A DNA stretch of 64,000 nt from Balanoglossus misakiensis. Its lineage: Eukaryota > Animalia > Hemichordata. Below the pieces are notes generated by a model. It made no database searches. It saw nothing but the letters and a program-made list of their open reading frames with translations, and was not told the origin of the DNA. The translations under genes and the position numbers were made by a program. The first letter of the stretch is position 1. Every line of letters starts with the position of its first letter. The DNA lies in contig CM082577.2 of the NCBI GenBank assembly GCA_040954595.2, positions 682,001 to 746,000 on the forward strand, given 5' to 3'. Below, piece after piece: positions 1-12,500 of the stretch.

Positions 1-242
1 ATTGTGTCTAATTGTGTAGACGTGTTCCTTGTAGATAGGCTTTTAGGTTAGAAGTGGTTCACTTTTGGAAGATGAAATAATGGCACTCATCCGACATGAA
101 ACATAATTAAACCATTTGTAGAAAAACCTTTGTACTTGTACATCAGCAAAGTGAACTACTTGTAGTCTGCTTTAATGGCCATTTGATCAGCCAGTATTTC
201 ATTTAAACATTTGCTTCTACTTCTCTTTGTTTCACCCTCCAG

Positions 243-3200
243 TGGAGACAGTTCTTGGCCTAACAGGTTCCACAACAGGCACCATGATTGGCTACATCTT
301 CCCAGCTGTCATGTTTTTGAAGTGTTTGCCAAAAGGACCTGGAGTCAAGTCTGCACAGGTACGGTACTTCATGTAGAACTTCAAGATGTGGCAGTTGTCT
401 TCTTGCTTCTGATTGAAATCGGATGTAGAGAACCCCACACAGTTATGAAAAAACAATGTGGGGGTGGACCTATTAACCCCAACCTAAGAATTTCTCCAAA
501 TTTGCCTTTTTGTGTTGGACATTCTTCTGTTATGCAAGAGTTTACTTCACATAAGCTGCTTTTAATCAATCCTCCATTAGTAATTAAGACTTATTTGATG
601 TATTTATTGATATGTGGGTCAGTTTGTTGTGTGCAAACAAGAAATGCTTCCTGTGTTTCTCAAACCCACTCAAAGTTCCATAAAAACACAGAAACTGATA
701 TTGATGGGAAGTCAGTTGGAGGAAAAAAATAAAAATTCACACCCTGTCACTGACATTTTATTTTACAGGCAGTTTTATTCATTGGTATCATCATCATGTT
801 TGCCAGTACCTATTCCACTTTACAATCCCGTCCTGATGAAATCAAACCAATTGTTGATATCAATATTCAAGAAGACCAATTTGTCCTTGAAAACAAACCT
901 CTGGATGAGAATCAGATAGCGGAGCAAAATCTGGAGGTGCCAGGTAAAGGAATCTTACTTCTCTTACAGGTTCATTGTTACAGGTTCATCTTTTGTGTAT
1001 GTTAAGCGGTGTTTGCACCTGGTATGTAAGTGTGACAATTGTTCCTGTAACCTCATCTTGATACTACAGTTAAAATTCATCCAAACAATGAATTTCTTAA
1101 TAACATTCAATAAATAATATCTGCAACTTGCACGAATATCACACTTGTTTCAAAACTGTTTCAGTGACTAAAATTCTGAGAAGGTAAAATCTAAAATCCC
1201 TACAAAACACAAAACGTAATATTCTGTAGAACATCAGTTACCCGGTCTATCTATGTGTATATTTAAACTTTATACATGAAAAATACGAAATTTGTGGTAA
1301 AACTAGGATTCTTCCTTGTTGGAATGGAACATAATTTTTGGCGGTAAAATGGTTTTGACAGTCTCCCAAAATTGAATATGAAAACATTCAAGTGCTGCTT
1401 ATCGGTCAGGTTGATTTCCAACAAGTAAAGATTGATCGTAGTTGCAAACTACCTGTTATGTTGATGCACTGAATAGGGTTTACCTTGAACTTTAGAATCA
1501 AGCTATTATGTTTGTAGTCCATGAAAGAAGGCACTGTTGATAAGAAGGGGCCTGCCGACCAGAAGTGGCAAATTCAAAACATCTGTTCACGGTTTATTGA
1601 AATTTCCGTGGTTGTTCTCTGTAAAAGTGACAAAAATGTTGTCCAAGTCTGGATAGGGATCTCTACAACAATATTGACATGTGTCACTTTGCAATTTCAA
1701 CATTGTTTTTTGAAATGCCTGGAATTGAACCTTGCAAGAGTAAAGCCACCATCTGTTTGACTTTCCACTGTGCAAGTCAAACAGTTGCTCTGTGTCAAAG
1801 CAAACTAAAGCTAAACTTTCAACAATGGTGGCTGATAAAAGCTTGTTTGCATCCTACAAACTTAGACTTTTCGGCACAGAATGCCTCGATTATTTGATAT
1901 TTTTAGAACAGACATGCATTCACATTCCTCTGTGACTGAGCGCACCAACAACTACCAGATTTTTAGAACTCGTTTAAGTCTCTAACAATTACTGAATCTT
2001 TCTAATGTTGTAAGTTCTAGCAAATGCTATCAGTTCAAAGTCTGTTTTTAAACTTTGCCTAATTCTTTCAGTCCATCTTCAGACAGTGTTCATTTTGGTA
2101 GATTTCAACAATGTGAGGATGTAGATAAGCGATCTCATTTTGAGAAAAGCTGGATTCACCTGAAATGAACCCTTCTCTGATAAAATATAAAGAAGCTAGA
2201 TTAGGGAACTTCATTGTAAAGGAAGTTATTAACAATTTTCCTGGAAGCCAGGATATGGAATCACCAGAACCACACACTATGCAAAGTCTTTATAATTTCT
2301 GCCTCCACTTTGCAAAGCACTTTACAGTTACTATCAAAATCAAATCAAAGGATCACTGAAATTTCCTATGTGCGTTTGACATCACATGATTAGTTATCAG
2401 TTTATGCTTGGCATTTAGATCTTTGCTTTCATTTGACATCACATTTTGGTTGACCTGCTGCTTATGACTTGACATTTTTGGCTTTAGAATGTAAGCAGCT
2501 GTTATCGTTGCTATTAGTTTGTCTGTCTAAACAGTAAGACAAAATCACAGAACAAAACAAAACAAAAAGGCCAACATGTCTTACAGGTGGAGATGTATTG
2601 AATATTGGTATCCAAGATGATGTCATAGATGGGGACAGTCCCCAAGGTAACGGTAAAGGAGGTGAGGTTCCAATGGCTGACTGGCATCTTGTGGGTGGTC
2701 AGGGTGAGGGTCAGGAACAAATGCATGATGGGAATGTGGACGATGGTAAATTGGAAATGGAAGCAGATGAGACGCAGAAAGACGGTGGTGTTGATGATGA
2801 CCGAGGTAGGCCAGATCTATAGAACAAACCCAAAAACAAAATGGCTTCCACCTGGTTACCACAGCAACCAACATCTGCATGCCAGCTTATTCCTTTCAGC
2901 TTCAAGCTTTATCCCCACCCATGTCACTCAAAGCAGTTTTTAGAGGCAGCGTTTGCATTTCACCTCAAGATAACAGTGGTTCCTGAATTTTCAAAAGCTT
3001 TACTAGTGTCAGTCATGCCATCAATAAACTTGTCTGTGTTTGCTTTCACTCTCATTAGGAAGGGATTTAGGATAATTATGTTGATTAACACATTAATTAA
3101 GATTTAATTAATCCCGACTCCAAACACAGGCAGGATGTTAAGGCTTAATAACATAATCATTTCTCAGTGGCAAATATTTTCATTTTGGCTAATCTTATGC

Positions 3201-6200
3201 TTTTTGTTTGCACCACTCTGTTTCACTTAATTTCATTGTCTCGCAAGTCTAGGTGCATTGGTAGCATTGGAAAAGTCACCCATCTGTCAAGACATGTCTA
3301 ACTAGGGCTTCTGTTTCATTTTCAACTGTAGAATTGCAACAAACACCATCGTGTGTTGCAAATACACTTCAAATTGCAACACTGTGAATGAACCCTTTGA
3401 ATTTTACAGACACCCAACTCTCTCCATATGTCAACAAATGTGTGCAGTTCTGGCAATTAATATGCAAATATTCTCTAAAAATAATATAATTTCCCAGTGC
3501 GTTGGCCAGATGTGCAAAATGAATAAATTCATTGAACAGATCCACTGGTTTGGAAACTCCTTCTAACAAGCAATCCTATTGAGACTTCGGTCTGCAATCG
3601 ACAATGTGGAACTTGGTCTCCGAGAAGATTTGAAGTTTCTTTCTCCTTTGTACGACAAGTGTGCAGAGGAATGTGTGGCCCACAAACAAGAGACAGCTTA
3701 ACAGAGGGCTTAAAGAGTGAAAAGTTTGCACATTATTTTGACTGGAAACCATGAGAGCAGAAGAGAGCGGAATTCCTATTGCTGTTTTTTCTTGAAGCGC
3801 CGCAATGGAGACCAACGTTCTCCAAACAAAGTGCCGCGCTGACAATCTGTGTCTCTACTCTTGACTCCAAACACTCTGGCTAACCCTGTAATTGGTCTTA
3901 TTGAATGTACAGTGTCTGGTTTCAAATCTTTGTTGACTTTCACATCCTTGAGAATCTGAGACCCCTGTCTGGAAAGGACCACAAAAAATGAAACCCTTTG
4001 TGGCTGTATACGCCACGCCCGCTAAAATATCACAAACTGAGAAATCACCCTGAAAAACCTACCACAACATTGTTTATAGTTCTGTAACTTTCTCACTTTC
4101 TCTCAATGGTTTTGCCCTCTACATGGATCTTTTAAGTCGACGCTTAGTGCTGAGATTGAATTTCAGAGAGATTTCACCACTTCTTCTGCTGTGGTTGATC
4201 CTGTTGTGCATTTGTGTCTTCTTGCAGGGAATGAAGCTGAAATAGTGGCTGATAAGAGACAAGAACCGCCTATCCCTCATGCTCCAGCTGATAGTGATGT
4301 ATGTTGGATATGATGATTTTATAAACCCTCTTTTCCACCCCCAAAAAGTTCAATTCAACCCCACTGTTTTAAATCTTGAATTTGATCTGTGCACAGGCAG
4401 TGAAATATATTGTACTTCGAGTGTGTCTTAAGCACCAAGAATTATTAATAATTTTTGACCCCTGATGACATTATCCATGACAACTGCTGACTTTCTGTTC
4501 TTCATGAATAAAAATTAAAAGTACACCAGTGGGAATATCACAAACCATACCAGAATATCTATCCATGAATGCCAGCATTTGTAATTATGTATTTTCATCT
4601 TGTGATGGTTTGCAGGAAGTACAAGCAGGAAAAGATATCAAACCGGTCGATGAAATAATCAAGGACATCGGTATGTAGAGATAAGATTTTGTAATTTTAT
4701 TTAAACATTTTGGTTTCCCAATCATGTTCTGTTTACTGAAATCTGCCAAGCAACTGGCCTTCAGAAGTTTGTTTAGACTGTAGACTTATTTACATATACT
4801 TGAAGACATAATTTATGACACATCAGAAATTGTACCACTTTGAATGAATTCTTTCAGGTGAAGAAGAAGAGAGGGAAAAGAAAGATGTTCTTGAGAACGC
4901 AGAGGAGGTGGTGAAGGAGGAAGAACAAATCCAAGGTGGTCCGGAAGATAGAGGTCCACAAGGAATTGATCTGCTGGAAGAGCATGGTGATGAAGTGAAG
5001 CACGTCAAGGATGAAGATCTAGATGAGGATGAGGATGATGAGGCCCATCGACGTCTGGAGGAAAAAGTGGAGATGAAAGTGAAAGAGCAAGACATCAAAC
5101 ACGAGGAGCAGCAGAAGATGATCGAGGAACTGAAAGAAAAACAGGATCAACAAGAGAAGATGATTGAGCAACAACAGGAAGTCATTGAAGTCTTGAAAAA
5201 GCAGCATGATGCTGGATCGATGGAATTGGTGGCTGGAGATGACGGTGGTGGTGGTCAGCCAGCTGCACCATTCGATGCCGGTGGAGGTGATAGTCTCCAG
5301 GCAAAGCCAGCACCAGTAGGCGGTGACTCTCTCCAGGCCAAGCCAGTGGGTGGTGACAGTCTCCAGGCCAAGCCAGTGGGTGGTGACAGTCTCCAGGCCA
5401 AACTGGTCGTCCAAGACACACTACAGCAACAGCAACAACAACAGCAGCAAGACTTGGGACAAGGCAACCCTGCAGCCATTCAGCAACCCGACCAGGGCGC
5501 TTATCATGATGCAGCCGCTGCAGCAGTACCTGCTGATAATCTGGGCAAGCCGCAGGTTGTTGAAGTTATCAAGCATGACGCTGTGGATGCCCGTGTTGGT
5601 GACAATGACCTTGAGGCCCATAAGCCGAGGGACATTGTTGATAATCAACAGCAGCCAGTTCACGAAATCCATCTTCCACCAGCTGATCTCATCAATCAGG
5701 TCGGTGGGGACGCCAACCTCAAGGCTGTTGCCCAGCAACCTCAGCCGAGAGACATTCTTGGTGTTGAGGGCATTAAACACGACAATCAAGATGATGAAAT
5801 CCAGGATGAAAAGGATGCAGGAAAGGAAGTGATTCCGGACCTGGAGAATCAAGAACCCCGGAATGAGGTCCATGACGATCAGAAGAAGACAGGCAGTGAA
5901 GGAGACTCTAAAAGGAAAAATAACCACCACCATCACCAGAAAAAGCATCAGTCTGAAGAGATCATAGAAAGAGAGAAGAGAGATGCAGAGGACGATGAAG
6001 ATGCAGACCAGAATCCAGATGTGAATGATGATGTGATGAAGGAACCTGGAGACCAAGTGGTGAAGTTGCAGGATGAAGAGATCATCAATGAAGATCAAGA
6101 AAAGGCGTTATATGAAGATCATTTGGCAAACCTGAACAAGTTGAAAGAAGAGAATGATGCCAATTTGCACCATGAAGAAAACGAGCCAGCCGATGACGAT

Positions 6201-6524
6201 CTTCAGAATGAACAGCTGGCTGACGGACGTAATGATGGCCAGGAAATTGTAAAATCTGCAGATGCTAATAATAATCATGGAAATAATGAACACTTACGGA
6301 AAGAGGTGAGGTGCATTTCATGAGATCAAATTGAGGATTGGTTTCTTGACAATTAAAGTCTGATATTTTAACTCTACTTAGTATTGAACTTACTGTCTGT
6401 CTGTCTGTTTGTCTGTCTGTCTCTATGTCTCTCTGTTTCTCTAGCTGACTGTCCGTCTGTCTGTGACAACTAATGACCTCACAAATACTTTCTCCAATTA
6501 TAATTTCAGGAAGTACGGAGGTGA
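243..6524 (+). CDS. SLC38A10: SLC38A10-like amino acid transporter, 3' part (last TM helices plus long acidic C-terminal tail); 5' exons lie upstream of the window
   Basis: Phase-consistent GT-AG exons 243-358, 769-943, 2587-2805 (possibly a cassette exon), 4228-4298, 4616-4670, 4858-6305, 6510-6524 (EVRR*). The translation ETVLGLTGSTTGTMIGYIFPAVMFLK...AVLFIGIIIMFASTYSTL resembles the last SLC38A10 TM helices. RQEPPIPH, the Q/E coiled coil (EEQQKMIEELKEKQDQQEKMIEQQQEVIEVL) and the basic REKRD site parallel motifs I recall in vertebrate SLC38A10. Confidence 0.85.
5283..5450 (+). repeat. Coding minisatellite (4 x GGDSLQAK(P/L)V, ~30 bp unit) followed by a CAG/CAA poly-Gln tract
   Basis: Seen directly: ggtgacagtctccaggccaagccagtg repeated, then cagcaacagcaacaacaacagcagcaa. 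Confidence 0.9.
6393..6463. repeat. Degenerate (CTGT)n microsatellite in the last SLC38A10 intron
   Basis: ctgtctgtctgtctgtttgtctgtctgt...gtccgtctgtctgt. Confidence 0.75.
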
Positions 6525-9500
6525 TGCTGTTTAGCCGCTGGGAATTCTGGGAACACAACTATGCAACCTGAATAGACATCACATAGCTAGCTGTGTAACA
6601 TCTATCAATTGGTTTCCATGGTTTCTGATTCCAACAAACAGGGTTAATGCCCAACTCATCAAAGGCACAACTCTTCTTAGTAGAATTGCAATCAGTTGGA
6701 ATCATCAATGTCATTAATAATTTCGCTTTATAAGTGATGAAGTTTTGGGAAGAACTGAAGCAAATTTTCAGGTGTTATGCTTTTATGGTTCATTAACAGA
6801 CCGTTGTGATCTCTTCATCGATGAGAGATTGTCTTGGATGTTTGTCTGATGTCATGTGTAAAATTTTTGTAATCAGCCATTGTGTGCTATTCCTGGTATG
6901 AACACTTGGATGATAATCATTGTTCAGTGTTATTTTGTTGAAAGATTTGGTCTTTGTGTGAACGTGTGTCAGTTAAACTTCAGTCTTGATGTATTCTTGT
7001 AAGTGTTCCAAAGACGTTGTTTCTAATAACAATCAAGTTTCTTTTTTCACACAACATGGGCCATATCTATAAATACTTTGGATGAACTGTTTTATTCCCT
7101 GAATCTTTTACGAAAATGTTTGATCTCTCTTGTGAAACACCCTGATCAACTCAATATTACGTTCCACAGTCAATAGTGTTACAGAATGAGAGTGTAGTTA
7201 TTCAATTGAAGTGTTCGTTCAGACATTCAAAGAGTTTTGCACCTGATCCATCCATAGCAGGATTAATAATGTGAAACAAGTATGCGAAATTGTTGACTTC
7301 ATTATTGTGGGAGGTAGAAATTGTGTCTTTGTTCATGGATCAGTAGTGATTCAGGTGAGAGCATAATGAATGGTGCTAGAAAACCAAAATGGCTCCTGTT
7401 GTCAAATGGTGTAAAGTCACTTGTAGACAATTGTATCATTCCAGCTTCAGTAAATATAAAGCCATTTCTGTTTGCAGTGGTTACTCCAATACTCAAAATT
7501 GTTAAAATACGTTGCAAAGTCATAATGACTTCTCGTAATTTTGAATTCAGTTTCTTGTGAAGGTCATAGGTTAAGCTTTTGTATTTTGACCAGTTGCCCT
7601 GATATGCAAGGCATTGTGGGAAGGCAAGGTGAAGGTTGAAACTATTCTAATTCAATTCAAGTCAAACTAAAGCCATTCTTTAAGAATAGATTTTTAAAAT
7701 TTGTTTTACAGAATCAAGTGTGGTAGATACCACTTTGATATTGAGGTATCACACACTGATAATACCATTGATATTTAGAGGATTAATCACAGAATATGAT
7801 ACTTTAATCTCCTACCCTTTCACCCCCATTTTTGCAATACAAAGGTCCAACCATATCATTGAAGACAATGGGTTTAGACCAAAGTTCACTGGTGAAAAGG
7901 TTAGGGCATGTACTTTTCCGTAAACAGATCTGCAGTAAACAATTGCTTTTTACACCTGTCTGGTCATTTCTAAGAGTAAAGTTTAATATTGTGATCAGCA
8001 TTAAAAGTCAAAAATCAACAGCTATGAAGTGACATGTGAAATTCATCTTGTCAGCCATATATTAAAATGACATAAAATTGCTTTTATTTAGAGTTTAGTT
8101 ATCCTTCACAAAGATGTTTAAGTTTATTTTGTGATTGAAAAGTGAGACCACAGCTCGGTTCTCACCGTTCGGTAACTCAGTTCCATTCAGAATTAAGAAA
8201 GACTCAAATATCGTCACTGATCCACTTACATAAGCTGTCAGGATCAAACACACCATCAAATATTTGTCTGCTTTTCTCTGTAATGAAGTATGCCTGTTAC
8301 ATGGAGTGTGAGACCAATCCATTTCTTAATCAACTTTTTTTGTGCGATATCAGTTCAGTACTGTTTGAGGCAGGTACACATATTCTCTACACACTGCCGT
8401 CTACAAATTTGTTTTTGTTTTCTGTGAGACAAACCTGGCCTTCATCAAGGGGTCAGTATAATTAAAGATGACTTCTTTTCCAAATATTTTCACAGGAAAA
8501 CTGTCATCAATAGTCATGTGGAACTTGTTAGTTTGATAAAGAAAATGCCGCAGTTTTCATGTTTAAGAATCTAAAATTGGTTAGTGTTAATGCTAGTGGA
8601 ACGAAACCTTGCACGATGAAATCTCAGAGAATATATTTTTAAAACTGTCCATTTTACCATTGCATTTGAAATACTACATTGGTAGATTTCAGAGTGTACT
8701 TTTGGCAATAATTTTCACTGGGAGTTTACAGCAACAAAGAGTGAATTTCTGTAAATTCAGTTCAAGCAATGGTGTTGGTGTCTGCCTTGTGTTAAACTTT
8801 GATGGATTACAAGCGAGGCATGCACTTATGTTCTAAATGGAACGTGTTGGCCGGGCAGTACAAACAAAACATAGCAGAGTCTCATCTGAAGGAGTTGTTT
8901 CAACAATCCAAGCTGGTTCCAGTAGCCTGGCTTTCTCTTTTTATGTTGCAGGAGCTCGGTGAAATATTACGTTTTAAAATGAATGTGAACACACACTCAG
9001 CGAAGCCTTAAGTATGCCTTGTGTCAGCACAATGCCAACACAAAACATTGCGAAGTTTACGAAAGGTGTCGATTTCGTGATGGATTTGCATATAGGAACC
9101 CGCCGCGCCGCCAGTGGGTTAATCCCAGTGAGAATGCTGCTTTTAGTGTTTGGAGAGTAACTTTAGAAGATCATGGAATGCCTCCGAACACAGCAAGAGT
9201 CAGCAAGTACCTGGATGCTGTATTAGGGTTTCTGATTTGTTGAAATTGTGATATTCGAGCTCTGTTTCATCTCTATCTTATACTTCCTATCTTATCTTTG
9301 TGAACATTTATTGAAATTTGCAGATGAATTACCAGACTGAAATATCTCTGGTAATGTGTATTTTCATTTTGATCTTAATGCATCTTTACAATGCTAATGC
9401 AAAAGTAAAGTTGAAACTGGAGTTGGTGTGGCTCCCAACAAGAGCCACATTTACTCAACATGAAAGTAGTCTAAACATGTTGCATGAAACTGAGGATTTG

Positions 9501-12500
9501 CATCGGAGAAAATCCAACGTTCTAATTCTAGTGGTTGGCTGATAATCATAGCGGGTAAAGATCTTTCAAGGAATTGTTTAAAACTGAGAACTCATTTATG
9601 ACGCCATCTTTAAGTTTTAGTTACGAGAAATTTGGCACAGAAGAGCTGTCATGCCTATTGTGAAATGAGTGTTATGAATGGGTGTGGTGCAGATTATGGG
9701 GAAATTGGGAAAGAGCTTGATTGATGTAAGAATGCAGTGACAATTTTGTGAACATTCTCAGCTGGGAATGTGTGTGTGTGTTGACTGGTCAAGACTGCTG
9801 GCATCATTTGCAGACAGTTACTACTATGATAACTCAGTAGATTGATGACAGATAGCATTTACGTTCACTTTTTAAGGGGCTGGGAAAATCTCATATCTGA
9901 TCCTTATAGGGTTGTTGAGTCCCCAGGCCAAGTAAACTTTGTATAGAAAACGCTCTGCTTGTGCTTATACAATCTTAGACAAAGTTTCTTGTGTGTTCTT
10001 CACTTTTATTGAGTCAAAATCATCAACAGATTCTTAGTTGAGAAAAATACCCCTTTTCATGAGCTCTCAAATATAATTTAAGTTGTTACGCCTGACTGAA
10101 TCCAATTTTGCCTCCCAGCACAACGAATACATTGAGAATTGCCGCCAAGAAAATTTTCTTTTCAAAACGTCTGCTCCCCAACTGGTTGGCCTGGCCTAAT
10201 TTCCTAAGTATACGTACAGGGCGGACAATAGCCCTTTGTTTGCCAGTTTGGGGAGCGCTAATTTGGATATGTACTGAACATTTATTGATTTTTTTTCTTC
10301 AAAAAAGCAATAACGGTTTAGTCGGTCTTCTGTGAGACTTGATTTCTGCAATTCGGTTTGTGATCGAAGAAGACGCGCACATACACGAGCAACAATGACG
10401 TCACGCAAGTGTGACGACGAGTATGATAGATCGTGTCTGTTTCCGAGTCGGTCATTTTACCGTATAATTTTTCTTGCGACGGCGAAAGTTTCATGTCTTT
10501 TCATATCCTCGGTTGCCTTGTTATGATTTCGCGAATCTGTTTTCCATGGTGTCTACTCAGTAAACTCGAATGTACATGTAATTGAGATTTGTAGATTGAA
10601 TTTTCTTATTAACAGTGTGGGTATGAATGAAACACAGGATTTGTCAAAGACGGTCACATGTTTTTAGGGAAGCATATCTTTCTCATAATATTTTCCCATC
10701 TGATCAACTTGCCGCATAATCTTTCTGGCAACGTCAAGTCGGACGATAAGGTGTATTTAATCCTATGACGGTAAATTTGAAAGCGGCTGATATTGTGGTT
10801 GGTTGCGCTGAACTTTCTCAAAGTCGGTTTTGTTTCAAGGTTTTTCTTTTCACTTATCGGGAATAGGTGATTGAATGTGTCATAAAATGGATTTGTTAAA
10901 TGAAATAAATATTTTGATAATAATTCTTCGCTTTCCTTGGGCGTTTTCAGTCATTACACCGACATCTGCTTCAAATGCCGGCGTACCTCACGTCAGAAAC
11001 CTTTTGGATTTACTAAAACTGTTTCTTTTGCAAGGGAATAACAAAGGCAGCAGCTAATGCCACCCATCTCGAAAAGCTACAGATGGAATGAGGCGTGATG
11101 GAGTGCATCATAGCAACATCCTCTGAATCGTGTGAGAAAGTCTCGGAATTCAATTTAATTTTCCGTTCATGGTTGACGAACAGTCGTATTTATCAATAGC
11201 AAAGCCTGTCTGTCTATTCCTTGAATGCCTGGCGGGGATTGGGTAGTAATAGGATTTGATCTGTACCAAATTTCAGGTGCTAATGTTCATTGACAACTAT
11301 AGCAAAATGCTTTTTATGTGAGTTTATGTTGAAATGATAACCGAAAACGAGTAAGACAGGAGAGATAGTTTTGTATGTAAGAAAACAAATCCCGTATAGG
11401 CCTACGATGGATTTAAATTTTATCTTCGTGTTAATAGTTGAACGAACAGCCTTGTGCTTGACACCCAATATAGTGGCGTTGCATGGATAACACGACCGCG
11501 GTCTCTATGCTCGGCCGACAGATGTTCTTCACGGTCGTTTCGCCAAGGAAGTCAAACGAATTACAAGGAGCTCTTAAGTGTTGAGTACCTGTCGTAACGT
11601 GTAGACTAAAAAGCTTATTTCGATAGAAATATCGCACAGGAGAATTTACGACATCTGGTGTGGAGGAGAATTTACCACTGGTACTGGGGTATCTGTCAGA
11701 GGCCTTCGCTGACCTCGTGAGGTACGAGTACGTGAAGATATTAAAGAATGAAAAATATTCGCGGCGTACCATGGAACTATTTGTAGGAAAACCTATTGTG
11801 ATCTGATATTCATCTCAACCTGCAGTCGATACACTCAAAAAATATTGAACTTTGGCGACCGAAGTAGAATTTGTAGACTTGTGTGTACACAAAAAGATCC
11901 GCATGTTTTCGTAAAAAGGAGCATTTAAAACTCTATATAAAGGTCAAAACGTGTGAAGGGATGGCTTATCTGTAAGTTGGCTCACCGCACTTGTCCGAAT
12001 TATCGGCACGAAAGAATTTGCTTTTTGATCCGCGTTTCGACAAAAACATGGTCATTTGTCATCGCGCAGAAAAAGGCGGGAACCACATCATGATGGTGGT
12101 TCTGGCCGATTTACTGAAGTTGGGAACTTTCATGTTCCCGAAACAGCCGAACTCAAAGTAGTGACCTCACATCAGTTCTTTACTCTTCAAGTGCACTCAT
12201 CAAACAAAGCCTATGTAGCGAGTGATCGATTGTCATGGCAACGGACTTGAACCTCTACATGAAAGTTTGAGATTTTGGCCCGATGCAGTGTGAAACTCGG
12301 TAGAGTGAAAGCATTTTGATAAAGAGCATCGCATAAAGAAACATTCGTGTACTTTTCTCATTATTGCAAGAGTCGTGAATGAAACCTGTCAAATACAGCC
12401 ATTTATTTAGAAGGCAGCTCCCTGTGTTTTCATATAGCATTCATATGACAATACAAGTGTACTCTCCACGGCGCCTGTCACTTCTATCGCTGCCGCCTTT

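Noticed and set aside
5019-6293. Hydrophobic and Cys-run ORFs on the minus strand
   Set aside because: Antisense shadows of the acidic, Gln-rich SLC38A10 exon.
10173-10256. Imperfect inverted repeat GCTCCCCAACTGG...CCAGTTTGGGGAGC as a pre-miRNA
   Set aside because: Short arms with a long, poorly paired interior, and I recognise no mature miRNA.
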